From Lama glama (Eukaryota): 64,000 nt of DNA. The notes beneath the pieces are model-generated. The model was not told the origin of the DNA. It searched no databases and saw only the letters and a list, made by a program, of their open reading frames with translations. The stretch is from positions 23,312,001 through 23,376,000 of the forward strand of contig CM052847.1 in the NCBI GenBank assembly GCA_028534125.1, in the 5' to 3' direction. Positions 24,801 through 38,500 of this stretch are shown one piece after another (the first letter of the stretch is position 1; each line of letters opens with the position of its first letter). A program made the translations under genes and the position numbers.

Positions 24801-25269
24801 GCTCGGCTGGGATCCCCAGGGTGGTGGCGGGAAGGTGGGCAGAACCTCAGAAAACCTTCAGCTGCAGGCGTGTGATTGCTCTGCGCCCCTTACTCGCCCC
24901 TCCCTTGAAGAAGCCTCTCCTTTCAGGGGAGACAGCGGTGTAAACGGGCTTCTGTTGCTCTGCCGTACCCGTGGCATGTGAGTGTGCCGAGACGCCTGAA
25001 CAGACTCGGTGAGCCCGTGCGGTGGATGCTCTCCAGCACAGAGTTGTTGAAGTGACGTGGCAACATCTTCTTTGACTTACTCTGACGTCCCTTCAGATGA
25101 GAGCAGAATAATGAGCATTCCCGGCGTGTGCAGCCTACACAACTTCAAGTAATGACTCAAGGGAGGACCAGAGCAGCACGACAGCACCAGCTCTCATGGC
25201 CAACCACCCGCTGCGGGTGGATTTTTACACTTCTGAATCTTCGTTTTCAACAGATGCCTTAAGATTCCT

Positions 25270-26090
25270 CAGTGATACAATGAAAGCCAATTGTATTTTT
25301 AAATGGGCGGAGGAGTTGATTAGAGATCCCTCCGGAGACAACGTACAGGTGGCCAATAAGCACACGACAGGGTGCTCAGCATCATGGGTCATTCAGGGGA
25401 GTGCAAGTCAGACCCATAGGGAGGAGCCACGTCACCCCAGCTGGGACGGCGAAACTCAGGAAACAGAAACTGGCAGGTCGGGTAGGATGTGGAGAGACTG
25501 GGATCTTTGTAATTGCCAGCAGGAATGTAAAATGGTGCAGTTCCTCAAAAACTTAAATGTGGAATTACTGTATGATCTTTTGGGCATATACCCCGAAGAA
25601 TTAAAAACAGGGACTTAAACAGATACTTGTGCACTCATGTTCATGGCGTTATTCACAACGGCCAAAAGGTGGAAGCCACCCAGGTGTCCACTGAGGAATG
25701 AACGGATAAACAAAACGTGGCGTCTGCACTCCTTGGGGCGTCACTCAGCCTTGGAGAGGACGGACACTCTGACACAGGCTGCAACGTGGAAGAACCTTGA
25801 AGACCACGCTGAGTGAAACGGTCCAGTCAGAAGAGGACAGAGATTGTGCTTCCCCTAAATATCCGGAATAGGCAAATTCGGAAGCAGAGTAGATGGGAGG
25901 TCGCCAGAGATGGGTGTGGTGATGGGAGTTTGTTTTAATGGGCACAGAACTTCTGCTTGTGATGATGCAAAGTTCTGGACGTAAATACCGTGGTGGTTGC
26001 ACAACATCGTGAATATAATTAACGCCACTGAAGCACACGTTTAAGATGGTCAGATGGTAAATCTTGTGTGTATTTTACCACAATAGGATT
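25270..26090 (+). mobile_element. L1MB-like LINE 3' fragment
   Basis: ORF2 C-terminal relic (LNVELLYDLLGIYPEELKT) plus 3' UTR. Confidence 0.8.
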
Positions 26091-26097
26091 TTTTAAA

Positions 26098-26243
26098 TCT
26101 TTCTTTTATTGAAGTAGAGTCAGTTTACAATGTGTGTCAGTTTCTGGTGTACAGCACAGTGCTTCAGTCATACATGAATATACATTTTTTTCATATTCTT
26201 TTTCACTGTGAGCTACTGCAAGATACTGAGTATAGTTCCCTGT
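26098..26243 (-). mobile_element. Short, 5'-truncated, younger L1 3' end with TSD
   Basis: ttttattgaagtagagtcagtttacaatg...; flanked by cacaataggattttttaaa (26079-26097) and cacagcaggatttttaaaa (26244-26262). Confidence 0.7.
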
Positions 26244-27071
26244 CACAGCAGGATTTTTAAAACGAAGACCAAAAACAAGCCGCTCGTGCAGTAGAGTAAT
26301 ACTTGAGGATGGACACCTCCCTTAGTGACTCATCTCCTGGTCTTCAAATAATGTTGCTCTATGAAAAGATCACAGAAAAAGCCAACATTTGCTGTCTTTC
26401 TTCCTGACAAAAATAAACAGAACTTTGGAACAGAGGAATAAAGAAAGAAATGGAAATTTGCCCCAAAATGCTTTTTGTCACATTCCCTGAAGGATAGTTT
26501 TCCTTCTAAGGGCTCTGTTTAAAGCAGATTTTGTAAGCCAACTTAATTTCATTCCTTCTTTTAACCAGTTGGATTCACTTGTTAATAAACAATTTTGAAA
26601 ATTAAAAAATGAGATTGGCCTTATTAGAGAAGAATTGGCTTTAGGGTCAGAGCATAGCAGTCAAGGGGCTTAATGTGCTGTTTCATCCATGAGAGTTTTT
26701 ATAGCTAGAAAGTTCCCTTTACTTAAATCTTAGAAGGTGGCTTATGTAGGATATTCTGTTATTAGCACATGACCTTTATTCACGTCGATTTGTAGTCGTA
26801 AACCATACAAAATTAAAACCATTAAGAATATAGTTTGGCAAATACTTCATTATTTTGGAACCACACTTGCCTCATCAATTAGTGGTGGATCAAAATACAT
26901 AGCCGCTGGGTTCTCTCAGTGTGCTCTCTAAAGGCAAGATTAAAGAATGATTTTGTTTTCCTTAGTTCCATTTGGTGATCTGTTTGAATCATTCTGAAGT
27001 AGAATTACAAACCTAATTCTTCTGATTGTTTTAGTTTCCTTTTATTTACTCTGGAAGTCAGGTTTCTGAAC

Positions 27072-27243
27072 CAGGGTTGGGCACGCTTTCCCTCATGTGG
27101 CAGTTTGATAAATGCTCGGGCTCCGTGCTCTCTGTTGGGACCGGTCAGCTCTGTCCGTTGGTGGGGAAGCCGCCGCAGGTGGTGTTTGAAGGAATAGAGG
27201 GCCACATCCCAGTAAAACGTTATTTACAAAACCAGGCAGCACC
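27072..27243 (+). mobile_element. MER58A-like hAT-Charlie fragment
   Basis: cagggttgggcacgc ... ccagtaaaacgttatttacaaaaccaggc. Confidence 0.6.
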
Positions 27244-27571
27244 TAGTGTGACTCCTATTCTGAACTTCCAGACCTTTTTATCAAGAGTCAGTCCTGGTTC
27301 CCACTGGGAGAGAGCCCAGTCTGTAAACGCAGCAGCTCTAAGAGACGCCTCACAGCATCGCAGCTCTGGGGTGTTTCAGTGAGTGCTCGGAGTGGCGGCG
27401 GCTGTGGGTCATAGCCCCATAGTCTTTTGAGCTTTTCAGAATGTTTTTGTAAACACACTGTATTTACAAATACCTGAGAGTAGAGTTGGCGTGACTGTCC
27501 CCCTCCTGCAGATGGACAGTGCAGGCTGGTCCCATCTCCATCCTCACAAGCCCTCGCGTCTCTCTCTGCAG

Positions 27572-27740
27572 CGTGTACTCAGGGCACCAGTCCATCCTCA
27601 TCCCGCCTGCAGAGCTGGAGACCAACCCTGCCTTGTGGCTTCTTGCCGTGAGTCAGTACAAGGTCCGGGATACGTTTTGCTCCTATTCAGTGATGGAACT
27701 TTGTACCAAGGGGCTGGGCTCGCAGACAGAATCCCTCAAG
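27572..27740 (+). CDS. DIP2C: DIP2C exon: VYSGHQSILIPPAELETNPALWLLAVSQYKVRDTFCSYSVMELCTKGLGSQTESLK
   Basis: ctgcag|c ... aag|gtaagc; within ORF 27519..27908. Confidence 0.96.
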
Positions 27741-28742
27741 GTAAGCAGCCCTCAGAGTGCCCGGGGCACTTGCCAGCATCCTGGGAAAGTGCAGTGTCGG
27801 GGGGTCAGCGGGGTGTTGAGGTTACTTGGTCCTTCAGGGAAGCAGACTGGGATCCTCTGTCACCTGAAGTTTACAACATTGTTTTCACGTGAAAACCTCG
27901 TTCTGTAACATGAGTACTTTCTCGCTGCCACAGAGTTACAGGTCTGAGTGTCTGGTTTTGGTATGTTCAGTTCTGCTGGAGCCCCTCAGAGGGCCCTGAT
28001 TGCTTTTTCGTTTGTTGGTGGAGTCAGTTCCTGAGCACTGTTGGTCCTGTTCCAAGGCTGGGCTCGAGCTGTAGGTCTGCATTCACCGCTGATTGCATCC
28101 TCCTTGGAGACCCCGACTGGGAGGCCGGGCTCAGCGAGCAGCGCCCGCTTTGTTTCTTAGTCTGTAGTCCCTGTGTGCGACAGCGATCTCACTTCCCTCG
28201 TTTAAACCAAACACACTTCGATAGACTTATTTTCATGGTAAATTAGGGGGTTCTTGTCCAAGTAACCAGGAGAAAGTAACCATACAGCCCACTCGGGTTT
28301 GCATTCCAGCTGTTCACTGTTCATGTGATTAGGTACGTGCGCCTGTGTGTGTCAGACAGGTGACACACACGCACACATTATCTGTGAACATGCCGTCAGC
28401 AAAGCAGTGTATTTATCTCTTCTGAGGTTTGTTCTCCTATCCAGACCTAATGCATTGAGCTTGAACAAGAAAGCAAAATGCAAGATAACTTTGATATTAA
28501 GCTACATGAGTAAGTGTATAATTAGTTGAAGTTACATACTTATACAGAGAAAGGAATACATAAAACATTATCATTACTCACGTCCACCTGTATTATGTTA
28601 TGAAATGGTTGAGTACGTTTCATGAACTCTCCCTGCCTGTGCATCTGTAAGGAACCCAGTGAACTAAGATGTCTGAGCACTTCGTGTGTTGACTGACTTA
28701 GACGTGACAGCAGCTCTCTGAAACAGAAACCACTGCTGTATG

Positions 28743-28865
28743 CACTTCAGAGATGAGGAAGCTTGGGTCACAGAGAAATGAAGCACCCTTTCCGGGTCCT
28801 TACATTTGCTAAGCTTTGGACCCAAATTTTGATCCCTGGCCCCAGGTCCACAATCCCGGAGCCCA
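28743..28865 (-). mobile_element. MIR SINE fragment
   Basis: cagagatgaggaagcttgggtcacagagaaatgaag resembles the MIR core. Confidence 0.55.
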
Positions 28866-29631
28866 GGCTCATCGGCCCCAAGACGCACTCGTGTGTAAGG
28901 GACCGTTTGTACTCTGGGACTTCAGTTTTCCCGTGTAGCTGTGCACGTAGGAGCTCATACCAGTTTCAAGTTTCAGTGTCGCCGTTACCTCAACTTGGGT
29001 CCTTGCTCAGCCCAGGAGCCCTCGTCCGCTCCGGGCTGCCTGACGCCCCGCCGGGCGACGGTCCCGCGTGAAGCTGGAGGCCGCGACCTCTTCACTCTCC
29101 CTCGGTGCCGCCCAGGCGGTGCTGTGCTTCACGCACTCAGCTCCCCTCCTCTGAGTCTGGCCATTTTGCCCACTTGATGGCATTTGGTGCAGAACTGAGG
29201 TGTCCTTCATCTCAGGACAAGAAAAGAGAGCTGTCTTCAGGAGCGCCAAACACCTTAGTTCCTCGTTCCTGTGTTGAAAGCAGGGTTCTCACCGCCTCCG
29301 GCGCGTGCTCCTGTTCGTCCGTGCTCGCGGGGTGTCTGCCGCTGCTTCCGCTCTTCCCCAAACCCTGTCCTTGAGTGACGCTATCCAGGACCTTGCCTTC
29401 CTGCATCCTTCTCCTCCTCGTGCTCTTGTATTGTTTAAAACAAGTTTTTAACGGCATCCCTGACAATCCAGTGTGGGTGGGCTTGTTTACACAGATGTCC
29501 TAGAGCCTTCAGTTGATGGCATGGACACGAGAGCCCTGGGAGTGAGTATCTGAGTGGCGTTTCTGTTGCTGGGCGGGTCTGCTGGTCACACCCCAGCGCT
29601 GGCAAGGCTGACCTGCTGTCACTGTTCCTAG

Positions 29632-29802
29632 GCCCGAGGACTGGACTTGTCCCGCGTGCGGACCTGTGTGGTGGTGGCGGAAGAGCGGCCCCGGATAGCA
29701 CTCACCCAGTCCTTCTCAAAGCTGTTCAAAGACCTGGGCCTCCACCCACGGGCCGTTAGCACCTCGTTTGGCTGTCGGGTGAACCTGGCCATTTGCTTGC
29801 AG
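29632..29802 (+). CDS. DIP2C: DIP2C exon: ARGLDLSRVRTCVVVAEERPRIALTQSFSKLFKDLGLHPRAVSTSFGCRVNLAICLQ
   Basis: tcctag|gcc ... cag|gtgagt; overlaps ORF 29647..29901. Confidence 0.96.
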
Positions 29803-32800
29803 GTGAGTCTCCTTGGTGCCAGGAGTGCTCGAGTCAGAGTGGCCTTTGCAGACGGGCCCATGGCTCCAAATGGCTCCTCCACTGGTGCTCACCTCATTTA
29901 GAGGATAGCTTTCAATCAAATGCAGGTGATTGGTGCACACTTTCTTTTCTTTTCTTTTTTAATTACAGCCTGTATTTTTGTCAATAACCATCATTCATAA
30001 TTAGCAATCACGAGCTTATTCTGTCCTGAGACATTCTAAGTTTTAGAACACAAGTAGCAGTTTGTCCAGACCTCTGAAGTCAGGCCCTTTAAAGACTAGA
30101 CACTAGACAAATTCCTCATTGTGGCGAGAAACCTGTGGTCTTTTGTGTACAGACAGTGGGCTCTGCAGGAGGAATCCAGGACGTTAAGCAGGTTCAGGAG
30201 TCTGCTGCTGTGGCTGCAGTGTAGACTTGGCACTTACTGCTGCGTTTCCAGGGTGCGCGTGTGAGCGAGGCTGCCCTTGCAAGAGAGCTTGTGTTACACG
30301 TGCTTCCTTTCTCCTCTTCATTAGCCCCCTTCTGACCATCTTCCCTGTTTCTTTCCTGCTCTGAGCTCCTGACATGGGACCCAGGCCATGCGGAAGGGAA
30401 AGCCCGGTAGGAGTCTCTCCTCGGTGCCCTTTGCGCAGCTTCACCCAGAACAGCCCGCTCAGGGCTCAGCTGCAGGCTTTGTCTTCACGCGTGTTCAGAG
30501 GACAAAACCGTGACTCACAGCAGGTGCTGGAGGAGGGTGATCGACACGAGCCAGCGCCCAGCTCCCAGCTCCCATCTCTGCGCGTTTAGGGCCCAAGGAT
30601 GCTGCTTGCAGGTCTCCTCGGGGGACCTCGGGAGTGCCCCAGGCTCGTGGACTCGGTGGCCTTGGCAGAGGGAGGGCCTCCATGGGACCAGTCTGACGAG
30701 ATCCTTTCAGAAAGATTAGCAATAGGAAGCGTTTCTATGATTTTCTTTGGCTGTGCCTTGCTGCTATCTTTCTTTTCTTTGAATTGGCTCCATTTTTAAA
30801 ACTTTGTGAACTATCGGGGTCCTCTCAAGAGTCAGTTGAACCTTGCTCTCTGGTTGAAGTGAATTCCTTTTTCCGAGAGGTAATCTGAAGGACTGGATTT
30901 ACCACGCCAAACTGGTCCTTTAGATACTGACTTTTCCCCCCATTCATCTTTTATCTGTTCTGCCTAAACGTTTCTAGCTGTCTGTTCCATGGGGAGAAAT
31001 GGAAATGCAGAAATCCACTTCTGAAGCGAATTCAGCCGTGGGTGATGCAGCACTCGCTTCTCCTCCCAGCAGTGGGGAAACCCTGGTCCATTAGAGACGG
31101 GCTCTTGGCCACAGTGGTGCTGCTGCGTTTTCTCTCTCTCTCAGAAGGTTGACAGGTGAAGGGAGAGGGCATGGAGCAGACCCCACGTTAACGCAACAGT
31201 CGGCGCTTGGCCGCTGGTACAGGCAGCAGGACAGGTCCTACAACACTGTTGCACAAAGCGGAGAATCTGTAGATACTAGAGTGGGACACTTTGGTTATTT
31301 ACCTCTTTATTTACGGTTTTTATTTATTTCCATCAACCTGGTCCAAAATGTTTTCAGGTTTATAAAGAGGGAATAGATTAAGAAGGCAAAGTAAAATACA
31401 CTAAGATAATTGAAAAGATAGAAGTGGCACAAAAAGAAGGCCTAAGAAGCCAAGAATGAGCTCAGCACATGGTTGTTTGCCACGTGTGTGGCCTCAAATA
31501 CAAACTCCACTGTTACTGCGTCCTTAACACCTGCAGCAGGGCCCGTCTTTGGAAGTACTTCATAAATGTGTGTTGTAAGAATGTTGAGTAAATGAAGTTC
31601 TGTATTCTGAACGAGAAGTAATACATTTTTTTATAGAAAACGGTTTTATCATATGAGACCCAGACCGAAGCTGACATTTGCAGTCACGGGTCACGCTGCT
31701 GGTTTGGGATCTTGGCAGTACCTTTAAGTATGTTTGTATATTTCAAGTTTTTGTACTTGTGTGCTTTATTCTCAACTGATTTTCAGCCAGTTTCTCTTTT
31801 TCCAAATGGTCAATATAAGAAAACAGCTGGAACTATCAATGTGTCTGATAGTAGAGACAAATCAAGTAAGTTAAAGTGCGTCGTCCAGAGGAGTGCAGGC
31901 TCACATCCTCCCACGCAGGGCTGGAGCAGCGCGCGCCACGGATGCAGCGTCCCGGCAGCTGTGGGGGCGCCCCACAGTCCCACGCGTCGCGTCTCGGGGG
32001 ACGTTCAGTCCCTTGAGTGGCCTCATGTCAGCCTAAGTCAGATTTTACTCAAAATAAATTCAAGACACGGTTGCGGCCCTCATGAAACGTGACCTTGTAA
32101 ATCAACAAGATGGACAGTAAACGTGTAGGTGGCTTTTTCAGTGAGCAAGTGAATATTCTTTGTAACACGAAGTAGAGGGTAAAGAGTGAGCTGGACACGC
32201 AGGAGGCGGTACTAGGTAGGGCGTCCAAGAAAGGCCTCTCTGGGGTGGCATTTCGGCACAGTGCCCTGTGAAGTGAAAGAATTACAAAACTATTAATTCT
32301 GCCAAAATTTAAAAATTTGTGATTATGGCCCCAAACAAACAGCAGGCACAGCTTGAGGTCTGAGGACAGAAATCGATGTCTCATATTCCCGCTGTATTTC
32401 TACAGGGCCTGACGTGTGTTTGTTAAATGTACTAAAACTGAATTTTTAAGAATGTTTAGACAAAGAAATAAGATAACCTGAAAAGTTATGAATTTTTTGT
32501 AGATTGAATTTTTCACACAGGAAAGTTTAGGATACAAAAATCAGAAAATACAGACTAGCCAGTAAGTAAATAGCCCCCATAATTCCATCTGTCCAGGGAT
32601 CATCACCATTAATCCCTTGATGTAAAAAAAATCAAAAATAAAAATGCTGAGATACTCCCTAAATTCCAAACCCTGTACCTAAGTGTTTAAAGGCACTGAG
32701 AAGTTGACACCGTGTCCTCGTGGAACACCAGAACTACCAGTGTGTGTGGAGTCAGTGAGCGGCCTGTTTGCTTTAGCTGATTTGCTGTTGCCTGAGGATG

Positions 32801-33271
32801 CTTTCCCAGCAGGGCTGTCTGACATCCTCACTCGGGGCCCTTGACTGGACTCTGAGCCCACTGCTCAGAGAAGGCAGGCAGGTGCGCAAGGGATGACGCT
32901 GTCCAACGAGGAGTGGACTTCGGCCCAGCGGCGTGCAGCTTCCAGGCTGCACTCTAAGGGCCGTGTTTCGTGGCGTCCGTGGGTACTGCTTCTGGGAGTG
33001 GTCCCTGGTCTTTGGGGAAGCGCAGGTCACACAGGCGGCAGGTGGTTGTGACTGCACTGAAACGTGTCCGATGCATGAGGTTGTGCAGTTACACGGAGAT
33101 AAATACAGGGTTTGTTTTCACTTCCCAAGAATACTCTTCATCGATGGGTCTTCTCCAGCCTGGAGCATCTCTCACTCCCCTCTGGGCAGTTTCACACTGA
33201 AGGACATTCTCTACCTTAGACTCCTTCCTGCTGTGGCTTCCATAGCGTGGGGCCTGTCTTCTCAGTGACCC

Positions 33272-33800
33272 ATATGTCAGTCAGAGTCCTAATGTGCAGG
33301 CAGCAGAAGCCTTCCTTGGCGATTATGGAAAGGCATTCATTAAGACGTCATCGGTTTGTTCCCAGAAGCACGGAGGGGCTTGGGGACCAAGTGGAGGAGA
33401 CCGCAGCAGGGACCAGCCTGGGCCCAGCTTGCCCTCCTGAGGACAGACGCCAGCACGTGGGAGTCTGCACCACTGTGCCGACCCAGCTGGCCCCGGGCCC
33501 CTCCACTGACTCCACGTCCCAGCCTAGACCCTGCTGCAGATACGTCCACCGCCAAGGGCGAGAGCACTTTGCTTCCTTGTGCCATGAATGGACACAGGTC
33601 CCTGGCAGGCTGGTAACCCACACACTGGCCGCCAGGAAAGCTGGACAGGAGAGAGGCGGGCGTTGTCAGTTACTCCGGGGCACAGGGATTTTTGTATCCA
33701 CCAGGCCCCAGAAGTGGAGGACGTCCCCAAATACAGGAAAAGGGTTCTGACGCCTGGTGGCCAAAAAGGAGTGGCCAGTGGCCACTTCAGCCCATCCGTT
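33272..33800. mobile_element. Degenerate MLT1 (MaLR) LTR
   Basis: gtcagtcagagtcc...gcagcagaagcc...cattcattaag resembles an MLT1 terminus; weak match. Confidence 0.4.
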
Positions 33801-34624
33801 TGGCTGCCGACACCAGCACATGCTCCTCACCCAATTCTCACACGCTGCCCTGCCTCCCCCACGGGGACCCCACCACAGTGCCGCTTTCAGACTCTTACTG
33901 CCAACACTGTGCCCTCCCTGTGTCCAGAAGAGGCTAGCTGAGGCCTCTGCAGCCACCATGACCAGAGCCAGGGCCAGGGTTTCCATCGCTGACGTGTAAG
34001 CCGGAGACCAGGCGTGTGTCACGTGCCAGGCCTGCCCGGGGTGACGCACATCTCTGCATCTGAATATTCAGGAACTTCAGAAACAACCACGGAGAGTTTG
34101 GGCCGCTAGTGGACTGGGATGCTGAACTCACAAGTCTCTTAGTCAGATGTTCCTTTGCTTTGGGTTGTGCCACTCTTCAGGCTTTCATGTTGTCCTGCGG
34201 GTCAGTGGACCCAGAAACAAGCCTTCGGGGCCTCTTTCTTGATGGGTCAGAGAGTGAAGAGCTGGGCCTGCAGCGTATGGTCTCTTCACAGGGACTTGGC
34301 TCTGTTGAAGCAGAAACAGACAGCGTGTAAATGAACGCGCGAGGTTGTGTTCCCGGAAGACTTCATAGAAACCTCTGTGAAAGTGATTAATTAACCGTTT
34401 TGCTAGGGCATGGCCTGGACCTCTGCAGAGTCTAGTTCAGCGAACGGGCTGGGTTTCCTCTGCCTGTGGCTCCAAGCAAACCGACTCGTCTGTTTCAGAT
34501 CCCTGTTTCCCTGACAACATGTGCTGCAGCCACTCCTGCTACCAATTTCTAAATCAGTCAAGGTGCCAACCACAGAAACCAGCTTAGTTTGATTTTAGCA
34601 AGAAATGCTTTTATTAAAAAAGAT

Positions 34625-37600
34625 TCTGGACTTCTAGTTTTGATTAGGATGTATAAGTCATAAGAGACTATTTTTCCAATCCAAACTATTGAAGCAATCT
34701 GGTTAATACACAAAATCATAGTTTTTAAAATCCATCAGAAAGCTAAGATTCAAAGAAATCTCAGAGAACTAAATTCTCCTCCAGGGAAAAGCAATTGTTT
34801 TCACTCTCCAGGGGTGCAGGAACCAACCACACTTCCTGGAGAACCTGAACGGTGGTGCCCAGCTTGGTGGGGAGGGTGAGGATCCCAGGGGTCCCCGGCG
34901 CAGCCGTTCTGCGACCCACCCCTGACTCTCCACGGGCCTCCCCTGCTCTGGAGGGCAGCACCGGGAGCCAGAAGCAGGCCAGGGGAGCTGAGGGATTCTG
35001 TCGGCAGGCTGAGGAAGTGGAAGCACTTCCTCAGTGACTGGAAGGAAGCTGAGACCCCTCTCCAGGCAGCCCCGGATTGCTGGGCGCACCGTCCTCGCAC
35101 TCCAGAGATGGAGGGGGACAGGAAGGCTGAGTACATCTCTCTGAGGCCCCAGGGCCTTCACCAAGGGCGGTGTCTGCCTTCCAAGGAGGTCAGGCAGCAG
35201 AACGGAGAGAAGGAGAAGCAGCCAGCCATGCAGAGAGCTGGCAGCCAGTCTGACGAGCAGAAAGGGGCTTCACACGGTTTGGAAAGCAGGTCTCCAGGCT
35301 GTGAAGCACAGAGAGGGATCCAGAGTCCTGACCGCGCCCGCAGGGACGGGAGGCCCGTGTGAGTGAAGTCCAAGTAATGTCACCACCAAGCCCAGACCAA
35401 GCTCACCCAGAGCACAGGCTCCCTCAGACCCACACAGGGGCCTGACAGAAGGAAGGGTGCCCTTTTCCAGACGACTCTGAAGTCGTCTTTACTTCCGTCT
35501 CTACTGTGCTTTTAAATCAAACCCTAAAAGACATGCAAAGAAGAAAGAAAGGGTGATCCATGGCCATGAGAGGAGGGGTCAACAGAGTTGGTAGAAGAGA
35601 CACGGGAATTGTCAGGGGCTTTAAAGTAGCGGGGATAAACACGTTAAGTGCTCTAGTTGGAAAGATGTACACCTCGCGTAGAGAGATGAGGAATACCCGA
35701 GAAAGACAGAAACCGTAAAAAGAACCAAGTGGAAAGGCTAGAAATGAAAACCACAGTGTTAGGGATAAAAATTCTTCATGGTTTAATAGCAGATTGAATG
35801 CAAAAAGAAAAAAGATCAGTGAGTGAACTTGAAGTCCAATCAACAGAAATTACCTAAACTGAAGCACAAGAGCAAGAATGAAAATAAAATAGGCTGTCTC
35901 TGGGATCTGTGAGACAGCATCAGTTTGCTCACGTGCATGAACAGGAGTCCCAGAAGGAGGGTGAGAGAAGATGGGGCGGAAGACACAGCAGCCAAGACTG
36001 ATGAGAGAGACCAACCCACGGATTCAAGAATCTCAGTGAACTCCAGGCAGAGGAGCTAAAAACACACCAATAGACATGTCACCAAAGGCTGAGAGCCACC
36101 AAGAGGCAGTCTTAAAGCAGCTACAAATAAAGATGCATTACATACGGGGGGCAGTAATAAAAACGACGCTGAGCTGACAGCAGATGTCATGGGAGCCAGA
36201 ACACAGTGGGATGGTGTGTTCAGGACACTGAAAGAACTGCTTATCAAGCAGAAATATCTTCAAAAAGGAAGACAAAACCAGGTATTTGTAGACAGAGCAA
36301 AGCTGAGAGAATTCACCGTCAGCAGACGTGCACTGTGAGGAATGATGGTGGGATGGGGCTACAGTTCGTAGGAAGAGGTGAGGAGTATAGATAAGTGAAT
36401 ACTTAAAAGTTTCTTTAAGGACTGTTACCTACTGAAAGCAAAAACAGTAATAGTTGAGGCGTTTATAGCGTATATAGAAGTAACATGAAATGACAACTTT
36501 AAAGAGCAGGAGGGGGAAGCAGATGGAAATACTCTGCTGTAAGATTTTCCCATTGTTCATAAAGCACAATGTTACTTAAAGGTGGAATGTGTTAAATGAT
36601 GCAAATTCTGTGTCAGCCACTAAAAAATGCACGCAAAGAAGGTTAATAGAGGAGATAAAATGTTATACTGAAAATATTCTGTTCCTGAAAAAATATGCAG
36701 AAGTGAAGAACAAAAACAAAAGGGATAAATAAAAAACAGTCAAGCATGTCATTAATTACATTAAAAGTAAATGTGCTAATAAGCACACCAGTTAAAAGGC
36801 ATAGATTGTCAGCCTGACTACAGATCAGTAGTTACCGTGCAGTCCCAGTCAGAATTACAGCAGGCTTTCCTGTAAAAGTGGGTGAGAGAATTCTGAAGTT
36901 CTTAATGGAATTTCAAAGGAAATAGAATAACCAATTTTGAAAAAGAACGTTGAAGAACTTAGACACCTGATTTCCACACTCAGTATAAGCTCTGGTCATC
37001 GAGACAATATGAAGAGAGACCAATACAGAAAAACAGCAAAACTGAAGGAAAAAAAGAATCCAGAAATAGACACATCATGACACCAAGTTCATTCAGTAGC
37101 TGAAGAAAAGGTTTTTTGACAAATAGTTTTGAAACAAATGAAGATTAAAGGGGAAATAAGTAACCTCAATCCCTTCCTCATTCAGTACACAAAAATTAAT
37201 TCTAGATGGACTGTAGACCTAAGTGTCTATGACAAAAATTCCAGAATAAAGCTCATAGAAAAAACTATAAGAGGAATATATGTGACCTTGGTTAGGCAAA
37301 AATCTCTTAGGATACAGAAAAGCACCATAGAAGAAAAACAAAAGTTAGACTTCGTCAAAGTTAAAATTAATTTTAATGTACCTAAGATTAATAGGAAAAT
37401 TACAGACTGGGAAAATATATTTGTCATACTATATCTGACAGAGGACTTCTATCCAGAATATATAAAGAACTACAATAGAAGGAAAACCTAATGAAAAAAT
37501 ATGGACGAAAGACTTGGATGGACGTTGCACAGAAGAGACACAGACGACCAGTAAGTGCGTGAAGTGCTGCCCGGCATCGTGACTCATCAGGAAAATGGTA

Positions 37601-38500
37601 AGTACAGCCACATGGGGTGCTCGCTTCAGCAGCACGCACACCCACACTGAGCGAGGCGGAGGGGGCACACGTGGCCCCAGAGCAAGGATGCACGCAGGTT
37701 CCTGAGAGTTCACAATCTGAGCAGTTCCCTAAGGTCCTTCCACTCTGCCGGTTAGTTCCACGGGAATGACGTGCGTCAGAGCACAGCGTGTGGTACCCAG
37801 TGTTGAGACAGTGATCTTCACTCCAAAAAATACATGGTGATTCCGTTTCTCACTTTCTAGAGCAACTAAAATCAAAAAGGCTGACAAAACTAAATACAAA
37901 TGAGGGTATGAGCAGCACGAACCCTTACGCGTTGTGATGGGAGAGCAGTTCAGTTTCTCATAGTTCAGTGTGCTGTGACCCAGCCCTGTGAACCTACATG
38001 TCTAGGCATGTACTCAAATTAAAACATGTCTACAGGCATATTTGTTGCAGTTACAAAAGAAGAAGCTGTTGATAGAAGCTTTTTCATAATGGCCTCAACC
38101 CGGAAGTAATGCAGATTGATGTCCAACACCAGCAGTAGGGATGAACAGACTGTGATGTGCAAGTGTAACAGGTACTTGTCAGAACCTAAAGGGACCTGCT
38201 GCTGCTGCAAACAGGAACGTGGATGAATAGTGAAAGCGCTGTGTTCGGTGAGCGAAGACAGACACGCCTTGTACTGCTGCATCTACGTGAAGCCTGAGAG
38301 TAGGTTGAACTCTTGTGCTAGAAATCAGGGGATGTGGGGATGGACTGACCCACTCACTACCAGGGTGAAGGAATTTTTATATGCTGTTTGGAGTGGTAGT
38401 TACATGTAAGTATACAGGTGTCAAAATGCATCTAAGTGAACACTTAAAGCCTGTGTATTGTGCGTAAGTTAAGCCTCAGTTAAAATATTGAAAAGAGTAT
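34625..38500 (+). mobile_element. Large degenerate L1M (ME-type) relic with 5' region, ORF1, ORF2 pieces and 3' UTR
   Basis: A-rich sense strand; ORF1-like text at 35500-36330; ORF 37129..37491 (YTKINSRWTVDL...KITDWENIF) is L1 ORF2; L1 terminus near 38480. Confidence 0.8.
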
